A DNA stretch of 64,000 nucleotides, taken from NCBI GenBank assembly GCA_965203355.1, contig OZ241889.1, forward strand, positions 224,001 through 288,000. Reading direction: 5' to 3'. Made by a program: the position numbers and the translations under genes. The notes under the pieces are model-generated. The model was given only the letters and a program-made list of their open reading frames with translations. It had not been told where the DNA came from and did not search any database. Positions within the stretch are counted from its first letter, which is position 1, and each line of letters begins with the position of its first letter. The DNA is from Candidatus Latescibacterota bacterium. Lineage in GTDB: Bacteria > Latescibacterota > UBA2968 > UBA8231. Shown here in pieces: positions 28,466 to 38,071 of this stretch.

Positions 28466-29614
28466 ATGCCGTCCATGCTAGGACAAAGGCTCAAGCTCGC
28501 TCGCTCTGCCGCCGGCCTGTCCCTTCGCGGCTTAGAGGAACGCATTGGCAATCGCGTAACAGCGCAGGCGATCGGCAAGTACGAGCGCGACGAATCCCTG
28601 CCAAGCTCGGGCGTCCTTATTGCGCTAGCCGACGCCCTCTCAGTCCCCGTGTCCTACTTGGTCGAAGACCAAGAAATGGCACTGGAGAGCCTTGAGTTTC
28701 GCAAGCAAAAGCTCACAAGCAAGCGAGAAGTGATGCAGGTCGAAGCCAAAGTTTTACACCTGTTGGAACGCTACCTCATGGTCGAGGAGTTTCTCGGCTT
28801 GCCGAGCCTCAACTGGGACAAACCACGCGAAGTTCCTTATCCCGTCGTCAGCGATCCCGCGGAGGCCGACCGCGCCGCTCACAGTCTTCGCCTTCACTGG
28901 GATTTAGGGCTCGACCCTATTCCCAATCTAGTCGAGTTGCTGGAAGAACGCGGCATCAAGGTGCTCTCTTCTGCTCTTGAAAATATCGACGGCCTGATGG
29001 CGCGAGTGCGCCGCGCCGACAAGGGCGTTGTGCCCGTTCTCGTCATCAACGACAGCCACTGGGGGGAACGACAGCGTCTCACAATGGCTCACGAGTTGGG
29101 GCATATGGTCTTGGCGGTTGGTCCAAAGGTAGATGACGAGACGGCTGCCTTCCGTTTCGCCGGGGCATTCCTCATGCCCGCTGAGGTGCTGTGGGCTGCA
29201 ATCGGCAAGCACCGCACGTCCACCGGATGGAGCGAACTTTTCGCCCTCAAGCAGCTATTCGGCGTAAGCGTTCAGGCCCTGACCTATCGATGCAAGGATC
29301 TCGGTATCTTCAGCCCAACCCTGTTTCGGCGGCTATTGCGCGAATTTTCCCGTTTGGGCTGGCGCAAGCCGCCCTATCGGGAGCCTTACGCTATGCCGGG
29401 CGAGATCCCCCGGCGTTTTGAGCGCCTGTGCTTCCGCGCCTTGGCCGAAGGCGCAGTATCCGAGGCCAAGGCCGCCGAGCTACTAGAAATCTCAGTCCAC
29501 AAGTTGAACCAGCGCATGGAGGAGCCGCCAGACTTGGAGTGTGATGAAGCCCATGAAAATGCAAGTCTCCGACACGTCCATCCTGATCGATCTCGAACGC
29601 GGTTCATTGCTTGA
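28466..29614 (+). CDS. XRE-HTH fused to ImmA/IrrE (M78) zinc metallopeptidase
   Basis: GQRLKLARSAAGLSLRGL...AIGKYE HTH; RQRLTMAHELGH; AFRFAGAFLMP; FGVS. Confidence 0.9.
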   Translation: MPSMLGQRLKLARSAAGLSLRGLEERIGNRVTAQAIGKYERDESLPSSGVLIALADALSVPVSYLVEDQEMALESLEFRKQKLTSKREVMQVEAKVLHLLERYLMVEEFLGLPSLNWDKPREVPYPVVSDPAEADRAAHSLRLHWDLGLDPIPNLVELLEERGIKVLSSALENIDGLMARVRRADKGVVPVLVINDSHWGERQRLTMAHELGHMVLAVGPKVDDETAAFRFAGAFLMPAEVLWAAIGKHRTSTGWSELFALKQLFGVSVQALTYRCKDLGIFSPTLFRRLLREFSRLGWRKPPYREPYAMPGEIPRRFERLCFRALAEGAVSEAKAAELLEISVHKLNQRMEEPPDLECDEAHENASLRHVHPDRSRTRFIA

Positions 29615-30053
29615 AACTTGCTTCCGCCTCCCGTTCCAGTTTGCCGTCCCGGACCTTTTGTACGAACGAGAACTAAAAAACCACGGAGGCGATAATCTGC
29701 TCAGGCTCGGCCTACGCATCGAGGAACTAGATAGCATCGGCGTCAATTGTGCCCTTCGCTACCGACGCGAGCAACCGCTGATTTCGCTACCGGACAGTTT
29801 TGCTCTTGCCCTTGCGGCAAGGAATGCTTGGGCCTTACTCACGGGTGATGGTGCGCTCCGTGGGTTAGCCAACAAAGAGTGCGTCAATTGTCACGGTGTT
29901 TTGTGGCTGCTAGATCGGATGTTTGAGCTTTCCGCTGCCAGCGCAAATGAGCTACATGCAGGTCTTGAAGCAATCAGCACTCACCCGCGCTGTAGGCTGC
30001 CCAAGGCAGAAATCCGCAAGCGGCTCGGGCACTGGCGACCGGAGTCTCACTAA
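29553..30053 (+). CDS. PIN-domain protein (DUF3368-like)
   Basis: VSDTSILIDL, YERE, SLPDSFALALA, LLTGDGALR, HGVLWLL; overlaps the 3' end of the upstream gene. Confidence 0.8.
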   Translation: MKMQVSDTSILIDLERGSLLETCFRLPFQFAVPDLLYERELKNHGGDNLLRLGLRIEELDSIGVNCALRYRREQPLISLPDSFALALAARNAWALLTGDGALRGLANKECVNCHGVLWLLDRMFELSAASANELHAGLEAISTHPRCRLPKAEIRKRLGHWRPESH

Positions 30054-30067
30054 AGGATATATACACT

Positions 30068-31447
30068 ATGAACCGCCCCAACATCGTCTTCATCCTCAGC
30101 GACGACCAAGGCCCTTGGGCCGCCGGCTGTTACGGCAACGCGGAAATCCGCACCCCAGCCATTGACCGCATCGCTCAGACCGGCATGCGCTTTGACAATT
30201 TCTTCGTCGCCACGCCGGTCTGCTCGCCCAGCCGTGCGACCTTTTTGACCGGGCGGATTCCCTCGCAGCACGGGGTCCACGACTGGATCAGAGAGGGCAA
30301 CATCGGCGAGTCCGCAGCCGCCTATCTCGCCGGCGAGGTGGCTTACACCGACATCCTCGCTGACAATGGCTGGGTCTGCGGCCTGAGCGGCAAGTGGCAC
30401 CTCGGGCACAGCCAACTCGCGCAGCACGGCTTCTCGCATTGGTACGTGCATCAGCAGGGCGGTGGGCCGTACAACGACGCGCCCATGATCCGCGATGGCG
30501 AGCTAATCACCGAGCCGGGCTACGTGACCACGGCGATCACCAACGACGCGCTGGCGTTTATCGACCGGCACGCCGACGGCAACGCGCCCTTTTACCTAGG
30601 CGTCCATTACACGGCACCCCATAGCCCGTGGACTGGCCACCCACGGGAAATCGTCGATTCCTACGACAACTGCGCGTTCGCCTCCTGTCCGCAGGAAGCG
30701 ATCCACCCTTGGGCGGTGGGCCACGCGCTGAGCGAGAATTGCCTAGGCAACCGCGAGATGCTCAAGGGCTATTTCGCGGCGGTGACGGCCATGGACCGCG
30801 ATATGGGGCGGATCATCGACAAGCTGGAGGAAAAAGGGCTGCGCGACGACACGCTGGTGGTCTTCACCAGCGACAATGGCTTTAGCTGCGGCCACCACGG
30901 TTTCTGGGGCAAGGGCAACGGTACGTATCCGCCGAACATGTACGAGAATTCGATCAAGGTGCCCTTTGTCGTTAGCCACCCCAGCCGCATCCCGGGGGAG
31001 AGCGTCCAACACGGCATGGTCAGCGCCTACGACTTTATGCCAACCTTGCTCGACTATCTGGGACTACCACTACCAGAGGCCGCCAATTTTCCCGGACAAA
31101 GCGCGCGGCCCCTGTTGTTGGGAGAGGGCGACACGGGTCGGCAGGAGGTAATCATCTACGACGAGTACGGCGTGACGCGGATGATGCGCACCGAAGAGTG
31201 GAAATACATCGACCGCTATCCAGCGGGACCGCACGAACTCTACGACCTAGCCAACGACCCGGACGAGCGCGCCAATCTGGCGGACGACCCCAGCCAGGCC
31301 GAGCGGATCGGCGGCCTGAAGCAACGGCTGGAGGATTGGTACCAACGCTACGTAGTGCCCGAGCGCGACGGCCGCACCTTCGCGGTGACGGGCAAGGGAC
31401 AGCTCAGGCCGGTGGGCGATGGCACCCAACCTTTTGTGCAGGAGTAG
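30068..31447 (+). CDS. Sulfatase (formylglycine-dependent)
   Basis: RPNIVFILSDDQ, CSPSRATFLTG, GKWHLG, FTSDNG, ELYDLANDPDE. Confidence 0.93.
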   Translation: MNRPNIVFILSDDQGPWAAGCYGNAEIRTPAIDRIAQTGMRFDNFFVATPVCSPSRATFLTGRIPSQHGVHDWIREGNIGESAAAYLAGEVAYTDILADNGWVCGLSGKWHLGHSQLAQHGFSHWYVHQQGGGPYNDAPMIRDGELITEPGYVTTAITNDALAFIDRHADGNAPFYLGVHYTAPHSPWTGHPREIVDSYDNCAFASCPQEAIHPWAVGHALSENCLGNREMLKGYFAAVTAMDRDMGRIIDKLEEKGLRDDTLVVFTSDNGFSCGHHGFWGKGNGTYPPNMYENSIKVPFVVSHPSRIPGESVQHGMVSAYDFMPTLLDYLGLPLPEAANFPGQSARPLLLGEGDTGRQEVIIYDEYGVTRMMRTEEWKYIDRYPAGPHELYDLANDPDERANLADDPSQAERIGGLKQRLEDWYQRYVVPERDGRTFAVTGKGQLRPVGDGTQPFVQE

Positions 31448-31509
31448 CGAGCCGCAACTCCGGGCGCCTGTCGATCATCCTCCGAGCCCCGATCAACCCC
31501 ACGCGATAT

Positions 31510-32664
31510 TTAGCGCGCACGCGCCCACAGCCACCCCAGCGTCCCTGCTACCGCCAGCAAAAAGGGCACCGCCAAGTGATTGAGCCGGTCCCAGCCCAGC
31601 ATACCCTCCAAAGGTGCCGCCCCGAAACTGGTCAACACCATCAGACCAAAGACTAAAAAATCATTGCACGATTGCACCCGCGCCTTTTCCTCGGGCCGGT
31701 GTGTCATCGCCAACAGCGACGTCGCCCCTACGAAAAGAAAGTTCCACCCCACGCCCAATAGTACCAACCCGACCGCGTAGTGATACAGCCCGACACCGCT
31801 CAAATTGACCGCAATGGAGCAGCCAAGCAGCACAATCCCAGAGAACATGATCCGATGCTCGCCCCAACGCGAGATTAGGTGTCCAGTAAAAAAAGACGGC
31901 ACGTACATGCCCAATACATGCCACTGAATGACCCAAGCCGTATCGGCAAAAGAATGCAAATGCCGCTTCATCGCCAGCGGCGTGGCATTCATCAACAGCG
32001 ACATCAGCCCCCAAGCCGCCACCGACCCAATCACCGCCAGCGCGAAATCCGCCTGCCGCGCAATCTCCCGCAGCGGACGTCCGCCCGCCCGTTGCTCCTC
32101 GACACTCGGCGCGGAAAAGGAGACAAAACAGAGCACTGGTAAAACCAGCGCATGAACGGCGGCAATCCCCAAAAAAGAGCCAGCGAACAAATGGTCGGGA
32201 AACCACGCCCGCGACCACGCCGCCAGATTGGAGCCCGACACCGCGGCCACAACGCCTCCGGCCATCACCAGCGAAATGGCGCGACTGCGAAAATCCTCGG
32301 CGACCACCTCGGCAGCAGCAAAGCGATAATAGGTGGCAAAGCCATTGACCGCGCCAATGCCCAACCCACCCAAACAAAGCAGCGCAAAATGGCCTTGGTA
32401 CACGGCCAAGCACCCCATCACACCCCCGACGACGCCCAGCGCAGCACCCAGCGCAAAACCCAACTTGCGGCCCCGCCGCTGCATTAGCTGCGCCGCGGGC
32501 ACCGTCATTATCATCGTGGCCATTGGTGCCAGTGCCAGCGGCAGGGTAGCAAGCGCGGGATTGGGGGTCAACCGCTGGCCGATGAGCGCCATGCTCGAAA
32601 GCATGACAAGGCTGGCGGTACGCGAGAGGGCCTCGCACAAAAAGAGCAGCGAAAGATTTTTCAC
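31510..32664 (-). CDS. MFS transporter
   Basis: About 12 TM helices; YRFAAAE, RAISLVMAGGV, IQWHVLGMYVPSFFTG. Confidence 0.88.
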   Translation of the reverse strand: MKNLSLLFLCEALSRTASLVMLSSMALIGQRLTPNPALATLPLALAPMATMIMTVPAAQLMQRRGRKLGFALGAALGVVGGVMGCLAVYQGHFALLCLGGLGIGAVNGFATYYRFAAAEVVAEDFRSRAISLVMAGGVVAAVSGSNLAAWSRAWFPDHLFAGSFLGIAAVHALVLPVLCFVSFSAPSVEEQRAGGRPLREIARQADFALAVIGSVAAWGLMSLLMNATPLAMKRHLHSFADTAWVIQWHVLGMYVPSFFTGHLISRWGEHRIMFSGIVLLGCSIAVNLSGVGLYHYAVGLVLLGVGWNFLFVGATSLLAMTHRPEEKARVQSCNDFLVFGLMVLTSFGAAPLEGMLGWDRLNHLAVPFLLAVAGTLGWLWARAR

Positions 32665-32694
32665 GCTGGCTAAACCGGTCGGCCCCGTCGCTGA

Positions 32695-33756
32695 TTAATT
32701 TTTTTCTCGCCGCGTCTTTACCGCCGCAGCCAATTCCTCCAACACCGCCACCGTATCCTCCCACCCCATACAGGCATCGGTAATGCTCTGCCCATACACC
32801 AACTCCGCACCCGCCCGCTGTTTCTGGTTGCCCTCGATCAGGTGGCTCTCCAGCATCACCCCGAAAACATCCTGCGTCCCGCCCGCCACCTGTGCGGCGA
32901 CCGCGTGTGCAACCGTCGGCTGGCGTTTGTGATCCTTGTCGCTGTTGCCGTGGCTGCAATCGATCATCACGCGATGCGGCAAATCCGCCTCCTTGAGCCG
33001 GGCCGCGGCCGCGCCAACGCTGGCGTGATCGTAGTTGGCCCCGTCGCGGCCGCCGCGCAAAATCAAATGGCAACTCGCATTGCCCGAAGTCCCGACGATC
33101 GCCGCAATGCCTTGCTTGGTCACCGAGAGAAAGTGATGCGGGTGCCGGGCCGCGCCAATGGCGTCGAGCGCAATCTGCACATTGCCCGCGGTCCCGTTCT
33201 TGAAGCCAACCGGCATCGACAGGCCCGAAGCCAATTCGCGGTGGACCTGACTCTCGGTAGTGCGCGCGCCAATGGCACCCCAAGCAATCAGGTCCGCGAT
33301 AAATTGCGGCGTGATGGTGTCGAGGAACTCCGAAGCGGCTGGCAAGCCCATATCTCCCAACTGCACCAACAGGCCGCGTGCGGCACGCAAGCCGCTGTTG
33401 ATCGCGAAGCTGTCGTCCAAGTGCGGGTCGTTGATCAAGCCCTTCCAGCCGACGGTCGTGCGCGGCTTCTCAAAATACACGCGCATCACCACAAACAGCT
33501 CGTCGCTTAGGGCCGCCGCTTTTTCCCGCAGCCGTGCGGCGTATTCGAGTGCGGCTTGGGGATCGTGAATAGAACACGGCCCGACCACCACCGCCAGCCG
33601 GTCGTCCGCTCCGGCCAGTATGGCGTCCAATGTGCGCCGGGCCGCAACCACCGTGTGAGAAGCCGCCTCCGAAATGGGCAACTCTTCCATCAGAATCGCT
33701 GGCGGAATGAGCGGTTTAAGTTGAGCAATGCGTAGATCGTCCGTTGATTCGAGCAA
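32695..33756 (-). CDS. aroG: DAHP synthase, class I alpha (AroF/G/H type)
   Basis: GPCSIHD, RVYFEKPRTTVGWKGLINDP, IGARTTESQVHRE, DCSHGNS, SITDACMGW. Confidence 0.92.
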   Translation of the reverse strand: MLESTDDLRIAQLKPLIPPAILMEELPISEAASHTVVAARRTLDAILAGADDRLAVVVGPCSIHDPQAALEYAARLREKAAALSDELFVVMRVYFEKPRTTVGWKGLINDPHLDDSFAINSGLRAARGLLVQLGDMGLPAASEFLDTITPQFIADLIAWGAIGARTTESQVHRELASGLSMPVGFKNGTAGNVQIALDAIGAARHPHHFLSVTKQGIAAIVGTSGNASCHLILRGGRDGANYDHASVGAAAARLKEADLPHRVMIDCSHGNSDKDHKRQPTVAHAVAAQVAGGTQDVFGVMLESHLIEGNQKQRAGAELVYGQSITDACMGWEDTVAVLEELAAAVKTRREKN

Positions 33757-33863
33757 GTCTTTCCACTCCTTTAGTAAGTTAGGTTAAGCCGTTGCGGCGG
33801 CTTGACACGCCTAGTCCCAAACCCGTATATAAGGCGCTTTTTCACCTCAACCAGTGCGCTATC

Positions 33864-34865
33864 ATGGGAAATACTCCACCGGCCGAAGGCATCCGCGTCC
33901 CCGCGGCTGCTTTGCGCCAACTTGCCGCCGACTGCTTCCAGCAAGCTGGCACCAACTCGGCAGACGCCCAACTCCTCGCCGACCTGTTGACGGCCACCGA
34001 CCTGCGCGGCGTCAATAGTCACGGTACTTGGCAACTGCCCGGGTACGTGCATATGATGCTCAAAGGCCGCGTCAATCCCCGCCCTAATATACAGGTGACC
34101 CGTTCGACCACCACTGCCCGCGTCTATGACGGCGATGGCGGCATGGGGCACTTTCCCTGCCACCAAGCCATGACTTGGGTCGCTGAGACAGCGGCGGCAT
34201 ACGGCACGGCGGCGGCGACCACCCGCAACCACTTCCACTTTGGCAGTGCCGGCAAGTACTCGCGGATAGCGGCGGCGGCGGGCTGCGTGGGGATCGCCAT
34301 TTCCTCGCATCGCTACGATTTGCCGCCGGACTCGCTAGTCAAAGGCGTCAACGCCACGTCGCCGATCAGCATCGCCTTCCCCAACCGGGAGCAACCCCCC
34401 CTCGTGCTCGACATGGGCGCACACATGCTACCGTGGAGCGAGGAACTCTTCGCGCAGGTTCCCTTCGCTTTCTTCAAGGAACTGGGCATCGGCGCGGTAA
34501 ACCGGGCGCTGGGCGGCGTACTGGCCGGGATTTACTTGCCGCAATTTATCCCGCCGACATCGCCGTGGGAATCCAACCAAGGGTCTTTTCTCGCGGCCTT
34601 TGACGTGCGCGCTTTTATGCCTTTAGAAGAATTCCAAGCGCAGATGGACGCATTCGTTGCCGCCGCCCGCAACATGCAGCCCTTCCCCGGGCTCGACCGC
34701 GCCGAACTGCCCGGCAATCTGGAGTGGCACCAAGAGCGCGAGTACGGCCGCGACGGCGTGCCCATCGGCCCCCAGCACCAACAGCGTCTTCAGAAACTAG
34801 CCGACGAGCTGGGCCTGGCCCCTCCCTTCGCGGCCTACGAACACACCCGCTTTACGACCGAATAA
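33864..34865 (+). CDS. Ldh_2-family (malate/L-lactate/sulfolactate dehydrogenase-like) oxidoreductase
   Basis: DLRGVNSHG, DGDGGMGH, NHFHFGSAG, PLVLDMG. Confidence 0.85.
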   Translation: MGNTPPAEGIRVPAAALRQLAADCFQQAGTNSADAQLLADLLTATDLRGVNSHGTWQLPGYVHMMLKGRVNPRPNIQVTRSTTTARVYDGDGGMGHFPCHQAMTWVAETAAAYGTAAATTRNHFHFGSAGKYSRIAAAAGCVGIAISSHRYDLPPDSLVKGVNATSPISIAFPNREQPPLVLDMGAHMLPWSEELFAQVPFAFFKELGIGAVNRALGGVLAGIYLPQFIPPTSPWESNQGSFLAAFDVRAFMPLEEFQAQMDAFVAAARNMQPFPGLDRAELPGNLEWHQEREYGRDGVPIGPQHQQRLQKLADELGLAPPFAAYEHTRFTTE

Positions 34866-34875
34866 AGAGGAACAG

Positions 34876-35874
34876 ATGGTTCAACCCCGCATCCTGTCCA
34901 GCGTCGAGATCGAGTTTCAAGGCCAAAGCCAAGCCCGTGCGCTTATTGAGCACGCCGGCTTCGCCATCGAGATCCGGCATCCCGAACCCGGCTGGCCCGA
35001 CGAAGAAACGCGCGCCAAGCTAAACGGCTTCGACGCCCTGCTGGCTGGCGGCGAAAACCTCAACGCCGCCACCATGGACCAAGCGGCCAACCTCAAGATC
35101 ATCGCCCGCAACGGCGTCGGTTTCGACAAAGTTGACCTCGATTACTGCACACAGCGCGGCATCGTCGTCACCAATACCCCGGGTGCCATGGCCGACGCCG
35201 TGGCCGACCTGACCTTCGCCCTGCTCCTTGGGATGGTGCGCTCGCTCAGGTTAGGCGACCAGCGGGTCAAGACGGCAGACATCTACGACGTTCCGGTCGG
35301 CCAAGACCTCTGCGCCATGACCTTGGGGCTGGTCGGCTGTGGCCGCATCGGTGCCGAAGTCGTGCGCCGCGCCCGCGGCTTCAAGATGCGAGTCCTCGTC
35401 CACGATCCCCATATCGACGACGCGCAAATCCGCGCCCTCGGGGCCGATCCTGCCGACCGCGCTGCCCTCTTGTCCCAAGCCGACGCCGTTACCTTGCACC
35501 TGCCGCTGACCGAGAACAACCGCCACCTCGTCAATGCCGAGTTTATCGGCCTTATGAAAGAGGGCGCCTACCTGATCAACACCGCCCGCGGCGGTTTGGT
35601 TGACGAAGCCGCCCTGATCGCCGCGCTCGACAGCGGCCACCTAGCCGGCGCCGGCCTCGACTGCCAAGCCACCGAGCCGCCGCAAGGCCAATCCCTCGAA
35701 CTGGTCCGCCGCGACCAGGTGCTGGCCTTACCCCACACCGGCTCCAGGACCCTAAGTGCCCGCCAGCGCATGGCCTTCGTCGCCGCGCAGAGCATCGTCG
35801 CACTATTGCAGGGCAGAGTCCCCGATCACGTGGTCAACAAAGAAGTGCTGGATCGGTTGGATTTGGCGGGGTAG
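34876..35874 (+). CDS. D-isomer-specific 2-hydroxyacid (phosphoglycerate) dehydrogenase family protein
   Basis: ARNGVGFD, VTNTPG, GLVGCGRIG, INTARGGLVDE, PHTG. Confidence 0.88.
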   Translation: MVQPRILSSVEIEFQGQSQARALIEHAGFAIEIRHPEPGWPDEETRAKLNGFDALLAGGENLNAATMDQAANLKIIARNGVGFDKVDLDYCTQRGIVVTNTPGAMADAVADLTFALLLGMVRSLRLGDQRVKTADIYDVPVGQDLCAMTLGLVGCGRIGAEVVRRARGFKMRVLVHDPHIDDAQIRALGADPADRAALLSQADAVTLHLPLTENNRHLVNAEFIGLMKEGAYLINTARGGLVDEAALIAALDSGHLAGAGLDCQATEPPQGQSLELVRRDQVLALPHTGSRTLSARQRMAFVAAQSIVALLQGRVPDHVVNKEVLDRLDLAG

Positions 35875-35896
35875 CGGTGAGGACGCGGCGCGAGGA

Positions 35897-36246
35897 TTAC
35901 CACCCGCTGGCCGCGTAAATCGTCAGCAGCAATTCTGCATCGTCGAGCAATCGGTATTCCGGTTTCTTGCCGGACAGTCTTTCGCTGTTGCCCAAGATAA
36001 TAGGCACTCCCTCGCCGCGTTTGTCCATCAGAGTCCGGCGCTCTGTCGTCAGCCAAGGCGCGTCGGGCACCGCACACTTGGCCAGCAAGCTGCAAACCGC
36101 CTCATTCCGCACGGACTGGCGAGTGCTCTGGCGATAAATCATCCAGCCCGGCCATTGATACGGGTTGTTCGTCAAAGCGAATAAGGCGCGTCTGACTGCG
36201 CTGCTGGAACAGGCGGGCGAGAGGTTCTTTCGGGTTGTCGAACATG
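35897..36246 (-). pseudogene. Deleted/frameshifted remnant of an AlbA_2 + RecG-C-terminal (HATPase_c_4) type protein
   Basis: One frame gives LARLFQQRSQTRLIRFDEQPV; another gives RQSVRNEAVCSLLAKC...LMDKRGEGVPIILGNSERLSGKKPEY. These look like the middle and C-terminal segments of that family with the intervening part missing. Confidence 0.5.
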
Positions 36247-36430
36247 ATTTATGCCGCTTTATAGACATCATAGACATCGATATTCAACGAGTCATAGTAT
36301 ATACCTAAAAAATAAACTTAAACAATAATATATGTATTAGTAGCGAGACATAGTATGCAGCACTTGACGTAGGATCCATTTTAATCTAAATATTACCCGC
36401 TATGTTATCACAATTGGTAGAAAGTCGTCA

Positions 36431-38071
36431 ATGGGAATATTCTATGGTAGTGGTCCTGGACAGGATCTAGCTGAAGTCGTGGATCGTCTGAGCACGGACG
36501 AGTTGCACACTATATTGGGAAAAGACACCGTTTCGCTTATCGAAGCACTCGCTGGTGTCGAGGACAAAAGCGCAATGCTTCGCCGAATCACGACTGAAAT
36601 ACTACGCGATCGGGCAAACGATCTAATGGTGCGCAGCGATATCCGAGAGACTTGTTTCAACGCTATATCACCCGAAAAGCGAATCGAGCTAGCAAATCGA
36701 TTAGGTATTACGGATGTCGATACGCTTCGCACCATGAACCCGACCCAAGATGCCAAGACTTGGCAAGCCTTTCTAGGATTCTTCGGGATTGATGCACACG
36801 ACGCAGCTCCTTTTGCGATTGCCCCCCAACAAGAAACTATTCGGCCCGAATTTGGGTTGTTTCCTCATCAGCGGCTTATGGCCGACCATGTCTACGATGC
36901 CATTCAGGGAGGGCACGGGCGGGTTGTTCTCCACATGCCAACCGGTGCAGGTAAGACTAGAACAGCGATGCATATCGTTAGCCGATTTATGACTGCCTCG
37001 GAGCCGTCCGTTGTCGTTTGGTTAGCCACTAGCGCGGAGTTGCTTGATCAGGCGGCCGACGCCTTCCAAAGCACTTGGTCTCGGCTCGGCAACCGCGAGA
37101 TCGACATCCTGCGTTTCTGGGGAGATTATACCCCAAACCTGTCTAGAACTTCGGACGGCCTAATAATTGCCGGACTACAAAAAATGTATGCACTCAAGAC
37201 GAGGGACCATATCGATATTTTGCGGCTCGCGAAGTCGGTTAAGCTCGTCATTGTCGATGAGGCCCATCAAGCAATTGCGCCAAGCTATCGGGAAGTAATC
37301 GATATCTTGGCCGAAACTGGTAAAAATAATGCTCTCTTGGGTTTGACAGCGACACCGGGGCGTACATACTCAGATATTGAGGCCGACGAGCGGCTGTCTG
37401 ATTTTTTCGACGGACGAAAGGTCATGCTCAAAGTGGAGGGTCGGGACGACCCGATTTCTTTTCTTATAGAACAGGGGTATTTAGCGCATCCAACGTTCCG
37501 ACTCCTTGAGATCCAATCACCCTCTGAACTTAAGTCTCGTCTGAACAAAGTAAATGAAGGAGACGATTACGATTCGACATTACTAGAATTGCTCGCAGGA
37601 CAAGTAGGCCGAAATATCACCATTGTCGATGAAGTACGCCGCTTGATAGCAAAGGGGCACAAGAGGATAATACTGTTCGGTGCTTCCGTACGACACGCTG
37701 AGCTGTTAGCTATGGCTCTATTAGCGGTAGGAATTGATGGACGTGTTGTGACTGCAAACACAGGATCGACCGCCCGTACGCGAATCATCAGAGCATTTCG
37801 AGAATCTTCCGCAAAGCCTATCGTCCTGTGTAACTTCGGCGTCCTGACGACCGGATTTGACGCGCCGAACACAAGCGCAGCCGTGATTGCCCGACCAACT
37901 AAGTCTCTCGTGTTGTTCAGTCAGATGGTAGGCCGTGCGACACGGGGCCCCAAGGCCGGCGGCAACGAAACCTGCGAAATCTCCACTGTAATTGACACCG
38001 ACTTACCTGGATTCGGCGATATAGCCGAGGCTTTTACCAATTGGGAGGATGTGTGGCATGCCCCACGCTGA
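36431..38071 (+). CDS. SF2 DEAD/DEAH-box helicase (ResIII + HelicC)
   Basis: LFPHQ, HMPTGAGKT, VIVDEAH, LTATPGR, VLTTGFDAP, QMVGRATRG. Confidence 0.9.
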   Translation: MGIFYGSGPGQDLAEVVDRLSTDELHTILGKDTVSLIEALAGVEDKSAMLRRITTEILRDRANDLMVRSDIRETCFNAISPEKRIELANRLGITDVDTLRTMNPTQDAKTWQAFLGFFGIDAHDAAPFAIAPQQETIRPEFGLFPHQRLMADHVYDAIQGGHGRVVLHMPTGAGKTRTAMHIVSRFMTASEPSVVVWLATSAELLDQAADAFQSTWSRLGNREIDILRFWGDYTPNLSRTSDGLIIAGLQKMYALKTRDHIDILRLAKSVKLVIVDEAHQAIAPSYREVIDILAETGKNNALLGLTATPGRTYSDIEADERLSDFFDGRKVMLKVEGRDDPISFLIEQGYLAHPTFRLLEIQSPSELKSRLNKVNEGDDYDSTLLELLAGQVGRNITIVDEVRRLIAKGHKRIILFGASVRHAELLAMALLAVGIDGRVVTANTGSTARTRIIRAFRESSAKPIVLCNFGVLTTGFDAPNTSAAVIARPTKSLVLFSQMVGRATRGPKAGGNETCEISTVIDTDLPGFGDIAEAFTNWEDVWHAPR

